A program made the translations under genes and the position numbers. A stretch of DNA of 64,000 bases from Methanobacteriota archaeon (GTDB lineage: Archaea; Halobacteriota; Bog-38; Methanoflorentales; Methanoflorentaceae), in contig CAVRAO010000008.1 in assembly GCA_963719035.1 (NCBI GenBank), forward strand, positions 160,001 through 224,000, read 5' to 3'. Below the pieces are notes generated by a model, which saw only the letters and a program-made list of their open reading frames with translations, was not told the DNA's origin and did not search any database. Every line of letters begins with the position of its first letter. Position 1 is the stretch's first letter. Below are positions 50,610 through 61,617 of the stretch, piece after piece.

Positions 50610-51217
50610 TCGTTCTCCTCCGTCAATCTCCCCGATGTTTGTTCCTCTTCATCTAAGGATCGGCCTTCGATTCTGGGGTTGAGGACCTTTAGGCCCTTAG
50701 CAAAGGCGCGTTCTAGGATGATCTGCTTCTTACGAGCCCCCACAGTCCGACCGATTCTCACTGCTTGGTCAGGCAGCACCTCTTCCAAATCAGCGTAGCA
50801 CTTGACAAGCACTTCCTCAAATCCTGAGGGATGAAAACCCCGTATTGCAGTTGGCGCACCATATCCAACTTGGACGACAGCTCCTTTGTCGGGAAACCCT
50901 CGCCGCATTTTGTTGAAAAGTCCGCGTGGCTTCCGCCAGCTCGAACTAAGCTTCTTTTTCTTTTCGTAATCGTCGCGCTTGAACCAGGGTTTTTTGTGGC
51001 GCTTCCTGACGACGAGCAAGTGCTTATGCTCCGCGCTGAAGTCCTTATGTTTAAACAAAGGTAATTCTTGAGCGATTTGCTGTGCAAGGTCGGCGTCGAG
51101 ACCCGTATTTGTCACGAGCTCATCGACTGTAGCATCCCTAAGATCATCTACGGTTCGGTATCCTGCGCCGATGAGTGCCTTGATCTGATCATCATTCAAT
51201 TCATCTAAAGCCTTCAT
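50606..51217 (-). CDS. rpl32e: 50S ribosomal protein L32e with N-terminal HhH-like extension
   Basis: [26 protein letters not shown]. Confidence 0.93.
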   Translation of the reverse strand: MKALDELNDDQIKALIGAGYRTVDDLRDATVDELVTNTGLDADLAQQIAQELPLFKHKDFSAEHKHLLVVRKRHKKPWFKRDDYEKKKKLSSSWRKPRGLFNKMRRGFPDKGAVVQVGYGAPTAIRGFHPSGFEEVLVKCYADLEEVLPDQAVRIGRTVGARKKQIILERAFAKGLKVLNPRIEGRSLDEEEQTSGRLTEENE

Positions 51218-51759
51218 GCGCGCGCACCTAAGCCCTTTTCAACGAGATAAATACCATCTTGAAACACGCGAGGGTCGCGTCCTTTGATCCGAGTCGCTTG
51301 TTCGATGTTGGCAGCGGTTTGCCCGACGTCTTCCTTGTCGATGCCCGTAACGATTAGCTCGTCGCCTTGAACAACAACACTTGAGTCCCCCACAATTCGA
51401 GCACTTCTCGGCTTGCGTTCACCCAAAAAATTGTCGATGGATATAGTTTTTCCTTCAACCTTGACTTGAATGGGGAAGTGTGAGTAGACAAGCTTCAACT
51501 TATATTGAAATCCATAGGCGACCCCACTCATCATATTGGCGACGTGAGAGGTATACGTGCCTACGATAGACTTTTGAGTTTTCTTATTAACACTGGTCCC
51601 GATATATACCTTGTCCTGTTCGACACGAATCTCGATGTTCGGGTACCACAGGTCGCGTTTAAGAGTTCCGCCAGGGCCTTCTATCGTTACTACTCCGTTA
51701 TTGACGTTAACCTCGACGCCTGCTACAATTGGGATCTCTTTTTGTATAACCTGAACCAT
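51214..51759 (-). CDS. rpl6: 50S ribosomal protein L6
   Basis: YSHFP, NFLGE, DPRVFQDGIY. Confidence 0.96.
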   Translation of the reverse strand: MVQVIQKEIPIVAGVEVNVNNGVVTIEGPGGTLKRDLWYPNIEIRVEQDKVYIGTSVNKKTQKSIVGTYTSHVANMMSGVAYGFQYKLKLVYSHFPIQVKVEGKTISIDNFLGERKPRSARIVGDSSVVVQGDELIVTGIDKEDVGQTAANIEQATRIKGRDPRVFQDGIYLVEKGLGARA

Positions 51760-51768
51760 GTGACTCTC

Positions 51769-52161
51769 CTAGTAGCAGTAAGCGATGAGTTTTCCTCCGA
51801 TACCGCGTTCTCGAGCTTCGACGTGAGTGATTATTCCTGCGGAAGTCGTAAGTATTAGAAAACCAAAATTGCGCGCTGGTAAGTACCGTTGTTCCCATCT
51901 CTCTAGATCACTAGTCTGAACGGAAAATCGTGGTTTTATGGCACCACATCTATTAATATTCCCGAGCAGCGCGATTTTGAATATACCTGTTTTCCCATCT
52001 TCGATGAGCTCATAGTCGCCAATGTAGTTACCTTGCTGCATAACCCGAAGCACATTGCCGATGAGCTTTGAAACTGGTTTTATACAACACTCACTTTTTC
52101 CGACGCCTTCAGCGTTTTTAATCGATGAAAGAGCGTTTGCGAGCGGATCTAGCAAGACCAT
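51769..52161 (-). CDS. rps8: 30S ribosomal protein S8
   Basis: [25 protein letters not shown]. Confidence 0.96.
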   Translation of the reverse strand: MVLLDPLANALSSIKNAEGVGKSECCIKPVSKLIGNVLRVMQQGNYIGDYELIEDGKTGIFKIALLGNINRCGAIKPRFSVQTSDLERWEQRYLPARNFGFLILTTSAGIITHVEARERGIGGKLIAYCY

Positions 52162-52172
52162 TCTTTGTCACC

Positions 52173-52316
52173 TCAGTTGTACTTAGCGAACTGCATGTCG
52201 CTGGCAATCTCTCTGAAGCATTGTCTGCAGAGATAGATATCATACTTAGATACTAGGCCCTGTTTACGCCCACAGCGCCTACATTCGTGCGCCTCACGCC
52301 GCGTTTTTTCCGCCAT
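52173..52316 (-). CDS. rps14: 30S ribosomal protein S14 (zinc-binding; missed by the ORF track)
   Basis: [36 protein letters not shown]... Confidence 0.93.
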   Translation of the reverse strand: MAEKTRREAHECRRCGRKQGLVSKYDIYLCRQCFREIASDMQFAKYN

Positions 52317-52856
52317 TTACCCCAACACCACGTTATAATTGTTTTGTAGAAAAGCGATTGCTTCATCGCGTTTTACTCTGTGCCGAATAGGAATGCGACG
52401 TTGCACCGCATGGCGCCGCGCGACGCGGTAGCCTGGCTTCTTAAGCGAGACAATAACGTCCATGCCGAATATGCCAATTTGAGGGTCATACGTCATTTCT
52501 GAAAAGTCTGTATGATCGACGATGCCAAACGATACGTTGCCATTTTCATCAAACTGAAACTCATGCACAAGATTCTGCCTAGTTTCAAGCGCGCGATGAA
52601 GAAATGTGCTCGCTCGATTACTTCGCAGGGTCGTTTTACAGCCTATATCCTGCCCCTTCCTGATTCCGAATATCGGCTGCGTCTTCTTAGCCGACGTTCG
52701 CACAGTTGCTTGTCCTGTAAGCGTCCTGACGATATTCTCCGCGTTGATCAACTTTTGTCCGCCTTCACCGACACTGACGTGAACGACAACTTTGTCGAGT
52801 GTCGGCGTCGTCATGGGGTTGTCACCTAGCGCTCGCGCCGTTTGGTTATCAGCCAC
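52317..52856 (-). CDS. rpl5: 50S ribosomal protein L5
   Basis: NPM, FGIRKG, GNVSFG, YDPQIGIFGMD. Confidence 0.96.
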   Translation of the reverse strand: MADNQTARALGDNPMTTPTLDKVVVHVSVGEGGQKLINAENIVRTLTGQATVRTSAKKTQPIFGIRKGQDIGCKTTLRSNRASTFLHRALETRQNLVHEFQFDENGNVSFGIVDHTDFSEMTYDPQIGIFGMDVIVSLKKPGYRVARRHAVQRRIPIRHRVKRDEAIAFLQNNYNVVLG

Positions 52857-52858
52857 GA

Positions 52859-53530
52859 TCAGCCACCACCGTTACCAATAACAAAGACGTAATCTTGTAT
52901 CGTCTCAAATTGTGTGTCACCGCGTTCAATTCTTACCATATTCGGACGTGAACTCGCTACGTTTTTTAGTTCCAGTATCGTGCCCGTTTCACCTGAGTGC
53001 TTTCCTCCAACAATCATTGCCTTGTTGCCGGCTTTGCGTTCAAAATGTTCGATGATGTCGTAACCAGGTAATGAAAACACAAGTGAGTCACCTGTGCCAA
53101 ATTTTTTCTCGAGAAGCATGTTGGTCCCGTCGTGCAAGTTGTACTGCAGTTTGCCCCCTTTCACGACCGTAATGTTGTCAATTCGGGCCAACTTACGCTT
53201 CGCTTCCTCATCACTAATCTCAGTGAGTTGATACCTTCCGCGAGGATTAGGCAGCATACGATAGTGTCTGCCTGCAGCGGCGACTATATCAAACAGTCCG
53301 ACTTGCGCCTTGTGCTTCTTTATTGTGCGTCCATTCACCGTGACATCTCCACTATGCAAAATGCGCTTCGCCTCTTTAGCGTTGTCAGCAAGGTGTAACA
53401 TGTCCCTTAGTACAACCAATATTGGAACTGCATCGCTCGAGTGTGCGCCAGGAGACGCAGCAACAACCCACTTGTTTGTTTTTTTTGCGATTGGCCAACT
53501 CTTCGGTGCTGAGATCCGTTTTTGATGCAC
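52859..53530 (-). CDS. rps4e: 30S ribosomal protein S4e
   Basis: HQKRISAP.SW, NLHDG.N, GGKHSG. Confidence 0.96.
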   Translation of the reverse strand: MHQKRISAPKSWPIAKKTNKWVVAASPGAHSSDAVPILVVLRDMLHLADNAKEAKRILHSGDVTVNGRTIKKHKAQVGLFDIVAAAGRHYRMLPNPRGRYQLTEISDEEAKRKLARIDNITVVKGGKLQYNLHDGTNMLLEKKFGTGDSLVFSLPGYDIIEHFERKAGNKAMIVGGKHSGETGTILELKNVASSRPNMVRIERGDTQFETIQDYVFVIGNGGG

Positions 53531-53531
53531 G

Positions 53532-53897
53532 CTATCCCCCCTCTAGTTTGCTCATTCGGCGCTTGTCCTTGACTTCAAGTTTCGTTACTATCACGTTTGA
53601 CGGATGAATGGGCCTCGATACTTCAGACCCATCGGCCTTGTGCACCGTCACCCCATCTACTTCTATGGTTTCGTCCTTAAGATTGACCTTCGCTACTTTT
53701 CCTTCCCGGTCCCGAAAATCCCCGCGAAGCACTTTTATTGTGTCCCCTTTTCGTATCTGAACGCTTCGAAGCTTATATTTGTCTGCAAGCTTCTTTTCCA
53801 GACGGGCGTGCAAATACTTCTGACGCACGTGGAGGGGGGCGACGAATCGTGCCTTCCGCTGTTTTCTCGGTTGTCCAGAACTCACTTTATTCACCAA
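53532..53897 (-). CDS. rpl24: 50S ribosomal protein L24
   Basis: QPRKQRK, GDTIKVLRGD, IHPSNV. Confidence 0.96.
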   Translation of the reverse strand: MVNKVSSGQPRKQRKARFVAPLHVRQKYLHARLEKKLADKYKLRSVQIRKGDTIKVLRGDFRDREGKVAKVNLKDETIEVDGVTVHKADGSEVSRPIHPSNVIVTKLEVKDKRRMSKLEGG

Positions 53898-53906
53898 TCT
53901 GATCCC

Positions 53907-54305
53907 TCACACTATAATTTGGGCCATCGAAGCAATCTTGCCGAAGCGTTCCGCGACTTCGCGGGCAACGGGCCCCTTGATCTCTGTTCCGCGGGGCTCC
54001 CCATTGTCGTCCGTTATAACGGCTGCATTGTCTTCAAACTTCACCCTTGTACCTTCAGGCCTTCTGAATTCCTTTTTCTGCCGCACGATGACGGCCCTGA
54101 GGATTTGTTTCCGCATATCAGGCGCCCCCTTCTTGACCGACACGACCACCATCTCACCTAATCCCGCCTTAGGTTGTCGCTTCTTGACTCCCCGATACCG
54201 TTTGACAGCGATAATTTCTAGAGTTCTTGCCCCCGTGTTGTCGACGCAGTCAAGTTTCGAGCTCGTTGACAGAGATCGCGGAATTTTTGCCTTTAAGCTC
54301 TTCAT
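53907..54305 (-). CDS. rpl14: 50S ribosomal protein L14
   Basis: [20 protein letters not shown]. Confidence 0.96.
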   Translation of the reverse strand: MKSLKAKIPRSLSTSSKLDCVDNTGARTLEIIAVKRYRGVKKRQPKAGLGEMVVVSVKKGAPDMRKQILRAVIVRQKKEFRRPEGTRVKFEDNAAVITDDNGEPRGTEIKGPVAREVAERFGKIASMAQIIV

Positions 54306-54622
54306 AGTACCTGAATCACCACGAATGACTTAGTCTTGGACAATGGCCGACACTCTGCCAGGCTCACGCGGTCTCCCGTTTTTGCCGCGACGCAATCTGG
54401 ATTATGAGCGTGCAGCTTCGACCTCCTTTTTTCGTACCTTTCATATTTCGGGATATATTTGAGGTACTCCCGTTGCACGACAACGGTTCGCGCTGCCTTG
54501 TCGCTGACAACCGTTCCGTCCATCACTTGTCCACGTACTGATAGCGTGCCGTGAAAGGGACAATTTATGTCTTTGCACTCCTTTGTCGGGGGGACTACCT
54601 GAAATCCGATGTTCGTTCCCAT
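54302..54622 (-). CDS. rps17: 30S ribosomal protein S17
   Basis: [22 protein letters not shown]. Confidence 0.96.
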   Translation of the reverse strand: MGTNIGFQVVPPTKECKDINCPFHGTLSVRGQVMDGTVVSDKAARTVVVQREYLKYIPKYERYEKRRSKLHAHNPDCVAAKTGDRVSLAECRPLSKTKSFVVIQVL

Positions 54623-54625
54623 ATT

Positions 54626-54916
54626 TCACCTGTTGTGCCATTTTCGAAGCCTTTTCGCGACGCGATCCTCAGGCCGTCCGACGACGAGACTTCCATCTAT
54701 TCTTACTTTGTCGCCATCTGATAACCAAAATTCAAACGTATTGCCGTGCTTAGCGGCCTTTTTCTCACGTCTGCGGCTTTCTAGCGTAAAGAGGTTTCTG
54801 CTTTCGTCAATGATCCGACCGCTCAGGCCTACGCTGTCCCTGTTGGTGCTCTTCACCACTGTCGCGCGTAGCCCAATCAGCTCGTGATTTACGACATTTT
54901 GATGATCAATTTTCAT
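54626..54916 (-). CDS. rnp1: Ribonuclease P protein component 1 (Rpp29)
   Basis: HELIGL, G.IIDESRN, GRPEDR. Confidence 0.92.
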   Translation of the reverse strand: MKIDHQNVVNHELIGLRATVVKSTNRDSVGLSGRIIDESRNLFTLESRRREKKAAKHGNTFEFWLSDGDKVRIDGSLVVGRPEDRVAKRLRKWHNR

Positions 54917-54923
54917 CTAGCAC

Positions 54924-55142
54924 CTACGCAAGTCCTTCCGGCTTCTTTTTATCCTCGTTAATGATTGTGTGAATTCGAGCAATAGTCCGTCGAAGTTCCT
55001 TTGATCTTCCTGGATTTTCGGGAGCGCCGCCAGCAGAAACAAGGGCTCTTTCTCTCAAGAGCTCCGCAATCAGCTCGCTCAGCTGCTTGCGACGTTCATC
55101 CGGTTTCATCTTGCGTATCTCTTGGCTCCTCAATATTGCCAT
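54924..55142 (-). CDS. rpl29: 50S ribosomal protein L29
   Basis: [24 protein letters not shown]. Confidence 0.95.
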   Translation of the reverse strand: MAILRSQEIRKMKPDERRKQLSELIAELLRERALVSAGGAPENPGRSKELRRTIARIHTIINEDKKKPEGLA

Positions 55143-55758
55143 GCGATTCGACCCCTTCGTCAACTTGTTCAACTAGTCGTATGTCATCGGGAAGCCTGAC
55201 TCCCGGAGGCACTATGAAGACTTTGACCCCGATGATACCAAGCTTTCGTTTTGCCACGGCGTAGCCTTTCATTACCAGGTCCTCTGCAGGCTTTCCGCAA
55301 TGTTTTATGTATCCAGCTAGAAACTTCTCCGTTCGTGATCGCGGGCCTGTGATTTTTCCGGCAAGGATCACCTCACATCCAAGCGCGCCGGCATCCATGA
55401 CCCGCTGAAGCGTAGATTGGCCTGCCTTTCTGAAGTACCAGCCACGCTCAAGCGCGTTGGCTAACCGATGGGCCATTATCTGGGCGTTTAACTCGGGAAC
55501 CTCAATCTCTTGAACATCGAGCTGCGGGTTGTCGAGCTTGAAACTTGCATCGAGCTCCCTGGTAACCCTTCGGATCGTTTTACCGCTCTTACCAATGATC
55601 ATACCAGGTTTCTCTGCATATATAGTGATGTGCGTTCCCATAGGAGTGCGATTGATCTCCATACCGCCGTAGCCTGCGCGCTCCAGTTCCCGGTTGAAGT
55701 ACTCATTCATTTGAGACCGCTTCAAGCCCTCCTCCACAAATTTTTTTTCAATCCCCAT
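55096..55758 (-). CDS. rps3: 30S ribosomal protein S3
   Basis: RAGYGG, KPGMIIG, ERGWYFR, GIIGVKV. Confidence 0.96.
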   Translation of the reverse strand: MGIEKKFVEEGLKRSQMNEYFNRELERAGYGGMEINRTPMGTHITIYAEKPGMIIGKSGKTIRRVTRELDASFKLDNPQLDVQEIEVPELNAQIMAHRLANALERGWYFRKAGQSTLQRVMDAGALGCEVILAGKITGPRSRTEKFLAGYIKHCGKPAEDLVMKGYAVAKRKLGIIGVKVFIVPPGVRLPDDIRLVEQVDEGVESHGNIEEPRDTQDETG

Positions 55759-56218
55759 TTGTTAACTCCTGCAGCACTATCTCGACGGTTACCGTAGCCG
55801 TATTCTTTGCGGTAGCGCGACCCATCGCACGGGGCATTCGGCCTTCAATGACCCGACCACGTCTCGCCAGACTGTGGACAATGAACGTTTGCTCCGTATC
55901 GAGCCCTTGGTATTCAGCATTCGCTTCAGCGTTCCTCAGGACTATCAATATCTCTCGAGCTGCTTTTTGCGGGTAGCGCCCTGCATCCCATCCGTGCATT
56001 GCCGCTCGGTGCCCTACCCCCGAATTATGGCGCTTGAAAGGCACCGGCGTCTCCATCTTCGTGACCGCTTCCAGATAGGATTTGCCTTCTACGAGAGACC
56101 TTCCACGCAGCTCCCTGCAGATTTCCACGCAATGTCGAGGTGATACATGCAGTTCATGCCCCTGCGAACGGGCGGTTTTTTCCTTCTGAAACTCTGCCGA
56201 ATACGTCGTGAATGCCAT
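55748..56218 (-). CDS. rpl22: 50S ribosomal protein L22
   Basis: VPFKRHN, GRYPQKA, PRAMGRA. Confidence 0.96.
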   Translation of the reverse strand: MAFTTYSAEFQKEKTARSQGHELHVSPRHCVEICRELRGRSLVEGKSYLEAVTKMETPVPFKRHNSGVGHRAAMHGWDAGRYPQKAAREILIVLRNAEANAEYQGLDTEQTFIVHSLARRGRVIEGRMPRAMGRATAKNTATVTVEIVLQELTNGD

Positions 56219-56222
56219 TTTA

Positions 56223-56633
56223 TCACTTCAGCGGAACATATCTACTCGATCGCGTGGCTCCCACCCCTGCACTGCCGTGCGATACCCTTTTCCTTGTCAG
56301 CGCATATTCACCAAGGTAATGCCCAATCATTTCCGGCATTATCTCAAAGCTAGCGAATGTTTTTCCATCGTGCACTCCGATGGTGGTGCCAACCATTTCA
56401 GGAAGAACGATCATATCCCTTTGGTGGGTCCGGATCGCTTTTCCGTCTCGTATTTTCTGCAAAAGCTTTTTTTGTTCTTCAGTGAGCTCTCTTGTAAGCT
56501 TCCGGCGTTGCCGCGCAGGAAAGAGCTGAGTTAGTCCGTCAAGGTCCATATCCTTGAGCCCCTGAAGAGAGAGACCCCTGTACGAGAACTCTTCCTTTCT
56601 GCGAGGCGCCTCGACCTTTCGTCTCTTAGCCAT
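56223..56633 (-). CDS. rps19: 30S ribosomal protein S19
   Basis: [26 protein letters not shown]. Confidence 0.96.
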   Translation of the reverse strand: MAKRRKVEAPRRKEEFSYRGLSLQGLKDMDLDGLTQLFPARQRRKLTRELTEEQKKLLQKIRDGKAIRTHQRDMIVLPEMVGTTIGVHDGKTFASFEIMPEMIGHYLGEYALTRKRVSHGSAGVGATRSSRYVPLK

Positions 56634-56655
56634 TCATTCACCAGCCTCAATTTAG

Positions 56656-57369
56656 TTATCGTTTACCCGTACGTCGTGCGGCTATGCTGCCAACTTTCCG
56701 GCCTGGAGGCGCATTCCGACTAACTGTTTTTGGACGACCCGGGTGTTGCCAACCGCCGCCGCCAAATGGGTGATCGACTACGTTCATTGCAACTCCACTT
56801 ACCCTTGGATATTTAGCAGCTCTTGAACGAAGTTTGTGGAATTTCTTGCCTGCTTTGACAAAGGGTTTGTCAAGGCGGCCTCCGCCCGCCACCGTCCCTA
56901 CCATAGCCCGGCAATGCGGATGTAACCATTTCATTTCCCCACTGGGGAGCTGCACGACAGTTTTTTGCACATCGTGCGCGACAAGCATCGCGTACACGCC
57001 GGACGCTCGTGCGAAACAACCTCCGTCGCCCGGTTGCGATTCGATGTTACAGATTGGGACCCCTTCGGGGATTTCAGCAAGCGGCAGGATATTGCCCGCC
57101 TTGATCTCCGCCGATGCGCCGCACGCGATCTCATCGCCTACACATAGACTTTCAGGTATCAACACTAAGCGCTCAGTCCCATCCGCCAACTGAACCCGCC
57201 CGATTGGAGCGCTCCGAGCAGGGTCGTGTAGCACTTCAACTACGCGGGCTTTCACGGTCTCGTTCTTGTCAGCTTTTATGAGTTTCAAAGCGGCCTTGAA
57301 GCGGTGAGAAGGTGCACGATAGGTTGGTGTGCCCTTGCCTCGATTTTGCGATATAATCCTCTTTCCCAC
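56656..57369 (-). CDS. rpl2: 50S ribosomal protein L2
   Basis: [29 protein letters not shown]. Confidence 0.97.
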   Translation of the reverse strand: MGKRIISQNRGKGTPTYRAPSHRFKAALKLIKADKNETVKARVVEVLHDPARSAPIGRVQLADGTERLVLIPESLCVGDEIACGASAEIKAGNILPLAEIPEGVPICNIESQPGDGGCFARASGVYAMLVAHDVQKTVVQLPSGEMKWLHPHCRAMVGTVAGGGRLDKPFVKAGKKFHKLRSRAAKYPRVSGVAMNVVDHPFGGGGWQHPGRPKTVSRNAPPGRKVGSIAARRTGKR

Positions 57370-57381
57370 AGCACGACCCCC

Positions 57382-57627
57382 TTAGAAGATACCAAGTCTT
57401 GACGCAATTTCTTCAGCAGAATCATCGCTCGAAAGCGTGATGGTGGCCTTCTTAAACCCTTTTGGCGTGACAAGTGTCTTCACATCGACAACTGTCACTT
57501 CATAGATCTCTTCTACCGCTTTTTTTATGTCGTCTTTTGTATCTTCCACATCGACGATGAAAGTAAGCTTGTTTTCTCTGTCAAGCTGAGCAGTCGCCTT
57601 TTCTGTAACATACGCATATTTCAGCAT
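57382..57627 (-). CDS. rpl23: 50S ribosomal protein L23
   Basis: VTEKA, NKLTFIV, KKA, ASRLGIF. Confidence 0.95.
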   Translation of the reverse strand: MLKYAYVTEKATAQLDRENKLTFIVDVEDTKDDIKKAVEEIYEVTVVDVKTLVTPKGFKKATITLSSDDSAEEIASRLGIF

Positions 57628-57631
57628 GACG

Positions 57632-58375
57632 CTAACCTTTTCCCACGGCATTTATCGCCGATTGTGTCCATATTGCAAGTCTCCCAGCGTGAGTGCCTGG
57701 TGCCAGAAGCTCCACGTTTAACTTATCCACAGTAGTTACGTCAACTCCAGGAAGATTACGCGCTGCTAATACAGGCTTGGTACTAATAATAAGGACGCTC
57801 TTCTTATTTTTGTAGCGTCGGCCGCGCCGCTTACCTTTCCCGGCACGCACATGTTTACCACGTTTCGCTTTCTCCACGTCTTGCCAGACGTTGAGCGCAG
57901 CCAATACTTCAGCGATTTGCCGAGTTGATGCCAAGTCTTCGAAGGCATCCTCTACGATGAGTGGAAGCGTTGCGTCAAACCGGTGCCCTCGTGCCTTTAC
58001 CAAATCAGGATTTGCCGTTGCTGCGATTGCAGACCTTATCGCTTTCTGCTTCTCCTTTTTATTTATCTTCTCTACAAAAACCCTAGTAACAGACGGCGGA
58101 TGCGCCCTTCTTCCACCTACGGCTTGTGGCACCCTCGCGACTCTACTCGAGTTCTTTAAACGCGGAACTTGTGCGACCCCGCGCCCGGAGCCCCACGATT
58201 CTGCTGAGGTCTTAAGACCTGCCGTGGGCTGCGGTCCGTATGCTTGCCTCCGATTTGCCTGCGAGACAACGACTGCCTTTTTTATGAGATCTGGGCGGTA
58301 AAATTCCTCGAAAAGCTCGGGGAGATCGACTTGCTTTTTCTTTTTTCCCTTCAGGCTCAGCACTTTGCCTTTCAT
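57632..58375 (-). CDS. rpl4: 50S ribosomal protein L4
   Basis: [27 protein letters not shown]. Confidence 0.96.
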   Translation of the reverse strand: MKGKVLSLKGKKKKQVDLPELFEEFYRPDLIKKAVVVSQANRRQAYGPQPTAGLKTSAESWGSGRGVAQVPRLKNSSRVARVPQAVGGRRAHPPSVTRVFVEKINKKEKQKAIRSAIAATANPDLVKARGHRFDATLPLIVEDAFEDLASTRQIAEVLAALNVWQDVEKAKRGKHVRAGKGKRRGRRYKNKKSVLIISTKPVLAARNLPGVDVTTVDKLNVELLAPGTHAGRLAIWTQSAINAVGKG

Positions 58376-59368
58376 CTATCTCACTCCTTGCTTCGACTGA
58401 AGACTTATGTAGCTCAGCTCCGGAATCGCGCGCGTGGTCTTTTTTGGCCGGCTTGCGTGTCTCATCCTAATAAGCCTTTTGGAAGGCCCAGGAATCGAAC
58501 CATGGAGTAGAACGTAAGCGCCTTTAACGACTCCATATCCTATAAATCCGCCCGCGGGCGTCACTGTGGTTCCGTCCGATCCGATCTTAAGTATTCGTTT
58601 GTTATACTCAGTTCTTTGTTGATAGCCCATCTGGCCAAGTTGGGGGACCGTCCATCTAACTCGCGCAGGGTTCCAAGGCCCAAGATTCCCGATATGGCGC
58701 CCCTTGCCACCCCTGAAAGCCTTTCTGTCCTGGATGGTAACACCCCACCTTTTGACCGGTCCCTGCACCCCTTTTCCCTTTGTTACTGCGGTGACGTCGA
58801 TGAGCGTGCCTTCCTTAAAGACGTTGACCGCCTCAATTTCCTTTCCAAGCATACCTTGCGCATATGTATACGCAGCATTCACATCGTCCCCACCAACAGG
58901 CATTTCCATCAGCTCAGGCACCTTCTTGGGTATCCCGCTAACGTCCGCCGGCGAGGTGTACGCCAGCACCCTGATCTCATCAGCACCGTCGAGACTTCCT
59001 GCATCAAGTGCTCCCTTCTTTGGAAGCGGCCTCAGCTTTGCCAGATCCCCGCTGATATCGCTAGCCCACGTTTCAAGCTCAACTCGTTTTCCATATGACG
59101 TCTTTTGGTACGCTCGTAAAGCCGCTATTTTCATTGGTGGAGTTTCTACGGCGGTGACGGGCACACTTATCTCCAAACCCTCTGTTGGGCTATTGGGCGT
59201 GTCATCGACAATAATAACGTGCGTCATCCCAGCTTTGTAGCCTGCGAATCCCTGAATTTCTGGTTCGCCTTGCTGTGGCCACGAACGGATTCTCGGTATT
59301 TCGCTCTTCGCCCTCTTTCGCGGGCTGTAGGCGAGCGATCCGCGCCTTGGACGATGTCTTTTTGTCAT
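58376..59368 (-). CDS. rpl3: 50S ribosomal protein L3
   Basis: PRRGSL, GYKAGMTH, TKGKG.QG.VKRWG, GQMGY..RTEYNK. Confidence 0.97.
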   Translation of the reverse strand: MTKRHRPRRGSLAYSPRKRAKSEIPRIRSWPQQGEPEIQGFAGYKAGMTHVIIVDDTPNSPTEGLEISVPVTAVETPPMKIAALRAYQKTSYGKRVELETWASDISGDLAKLRPLPKKGALDAGSLDGADEIRVLAYTSPADVSGIPKKVPELMEMPVGGDDVNAAYTYAQGMLGKEIEAVNVFKEGTLIDVTAVTKGKGVQGPVKRWGVTIQDRKAFRGGKGRHIGNLGPWNPARVRWTVPQLGQMGYQQRTEYNKRILKIGSDGTTVTPAGGFIGYGVVKGAYVLLHGSIPGPSKRLIRMRHASRPKKTTRAIPELSYISLQSKQGVR

Positions 59369-59377
59369 TATTTTACC

Positions 59378-60176
59378 TCACGTTGATTCGTGCAGCGCGA
59401 CGTTAAACACACTCAACGTAGCCATGATAGCTTCTTCTGTTCGCACCGTTTCTGTGCCTTGGTCAGGGATCGTATTAACGATAAAGTCTGACGCTTCCTC
59501 GATCGATAGCCCTGCTTCGTTAAGAAGCGCTTCTACTCCGCGGTTTGGAGCGCCAAACACAAACGTTGTCAAGCCGGTGCCTCTCCTTTTAATGTCATCT
59601 CGCATTGTAGGGCTTATTACCTTTCCGCGCTTCGCGGTGGTCACCACCAGCCCCTCCAGTGCGTCTTTGATGCTAGCCACCACCCGAACCGAATATCCCC
59701 AATATTCAGGCGGCTTTTGAATCGCTTCAACTTCGAGCGGATCTCGCGAAAAGATCTTGACTGTCACGCGCTCCCCTTTGTGCAGCGTCTTCGTGCACAA
59801 AAAGGCTGGGCAATCCAAACCGATTTCAACCCAAGCGCAGTCAGTCCCGACGTCTATCACAATTCCATCACGAACGTTATCACGCTCGTGCACATGATGA
59901 CGAGTCTTTAACGGGGGGACAACCCCGACATATCTCAATTCATTTGAGCGCGGGAAAAGCAGCTTTCGAAAGGTACTGCGGTGCCTCCATGTACTGCAAT
60001 ATCGCCGCGATGAATCGACTGTCATCGTGCGCAGCGTCGCGGAAGATCGCGATGCGATTTACCTTGAATATTGCTGCCGCCCGAGCTATCTGTCCGACCT
60101 TATACGTCTTGATTTTCTGATCAGCCGTTTCGATGGTCAGGGAGGACGGTATAGCGAGCTGTATCTCAGGGTACAT
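59378..60176 (-). CDS. SPOUT RNA methyltransferase (1-nt frameshift near 59968)
   Basis: KVGQIARAAAIF, YWGY, FGAP.RG, NTIPDQGTETVRTEEA; conserved position upstream of rpl3. Confidence 0.88.
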
Positions 60177-60651
60177 CTTCGCTCGTTCTTCGCAATAACG
60201 CGTAAACCCGTGTAGTCTTTAGAACTACAACAAAGCTACTTAAAGGTTTCTGACTCGATTACGGCGCGTCAATGGATTCCGATAGAATGCTTGTCGCAGA
60301 AGCTACGCAAGATACCCCCAGTAGACAACGCAAGCGGCTCTGGGATGTCACTGAACGGGTAATGCTTGCAATTTTATAAAACGCTAGTTACTACACAAAA
60401 TCAGTCATACGGTTTGCGACTGGCAATGCCCACCGAAAGAAATAACTGTAAAAATTAAGACTTAATAGCTCAAACGCAAAGTCAAAGACGTACAGTATCT
60501 GCAGCTCAACAAACTGACGCTGGCAACAACTGACTCTCCTTCAATCGGAAGTTGAGTCGGTTCAGTTTGCTGCTCCAGGCCGAAACAGCAAAAACCGCTC
60601 TGTAATCAAAATCTATTGTTAAAAAAACGGGACGTCGAATCGACAAGTGAC

Positions 60652-61608
60652 ATGATTCAAGTAGTAACGCCTTCGAGGCTTCATATTACGCTCATTGATT
60701 TAAATGGAGCGTTGGGACGAGTTGACGGTGGCGTTGGACTTACTCTCGACTATCCATCAATTAGAATCAACGCAAAAAAAGATGCACAACTTTCAGTTTC
60801 AGGAACCACAGAGTTCGCAGAGAGGATCACGAGTGCTGCTTCTGCAGTTCTAACACAATATAGCATCAATGGCGTCGCGATTGACGTGGTTCAAGAATAC
60901 CCTAGCCATGTGGGACTTGGTTCAGGAACACAGGTCGCACTTGCCGTAGGGACTGCTATAAGCGAACTCTATGATCTTAACCTCAATCCGACGACTATCG
61001 CAAAATTGACGGGGAGGGGGGGTACATCAGGCATAGGTGTAGCAGCTTACGAGTTGGGCGGCTTCCTCGTTGATGGGGGTCACAAAGGCAAAACGGAATT
61101 CTTGCCATCATCGGCTTCAGGCAAATTCGGTCCTGGACCAATAATCGCCCGTCACGATTTTCCAGATTGGGACATCGTTCTCGCAATTCCAAACCTGCGC
61201 GGAGCAAGCGACAAACACGAGATCGACGTTTTCAAAAAACAGTGTCCGCTGCCGCTCAACGAAATTCAGGAGCTATGTCACGTCATTTTGATGGAGATGC
61301 TGCCAGCTGTTGTAGAACGCGACATCGAAAGTTTCGGCCGTTCGATCAACCGAGTTCAGACGATCGGCTTCAAGCGTCGTGAACTTGAACTACAGCCATT
61401 TTGTACGCATCTCGTTCAATTCATGCGCGAAAATGGAGCGATCGGCGCTGGAATGAGTTCTTTTGGTCCCGTCGTTTACGGGATAACCGATAGAAAGCAG
61501 CTGCAAAAAACAGTTCAGAGCTATTTAAATGACTCTATCGGCGGAAAAGTACGTATCGTAAAAGCGCAAAACACCGGTGCTTACATTCAAGAGATCGTGG
61601 AGAGCTGA
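60652..61608 (+). CDS. mptG: Beta-ribofuranosylaminobenzene 5'-phosphate synthase (methanopterin biosynthesis)
   Basis: TPSRLHITLIDLNG..GRVDGGVG, HVGLGSGTQ, RGGTSGIG, GMSSFGP. Confidence 0.92.
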   Translation: MIQVVTPSRLHITLIDLNGALGRVDGGVGLTLDYPSIRINAKKDAQLSVSGTTEFAERITSAASAVLTQYSINGVAIDVVQEYPSHVGLGSGTQVALAVGTAISELYDLNLNPTTIAKLTGRGGTSGIGVAAYELGGFLVDGGHKGKTEFLPSSASGKFGPGPIIARHDFPDWDIVLAIPNLRGASDKHEIDVFKKQCPLPLNEIQELCHVILMEMLPAVVERDIESFGRSINRVQTIGFKRRELELQPFCTHLVQFMRENGAIGAGMSSFGPVVYGITDRKQLQKTVQSYLNDSIGGKVRIVKAQNTGAYIQEIVES

Positions 61609-61617
61609 AGGTCTTCT

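Noticed and set aside
50606-51217. N-terminal extension on L32e as a novelty
   Set aside because: Similar HhH-like extensions are known in Halobacteriota L32e
35868-60176. Frameshifts in traB (three), cobS, secY and the SPOUT methyltransferase as pseudogenes or programmed frameshifting
   Set aside because: They are single-base indels in otherwise intact conserved genes, including essential secY, with no shared slippery motif. Sequencing or assembly error is the best explanation.
60511-60590. Hammerhead ribozyme (CTGA...GAAAC)
   Set aside because: Core CUGANGA is absent and the stem topology does not fit
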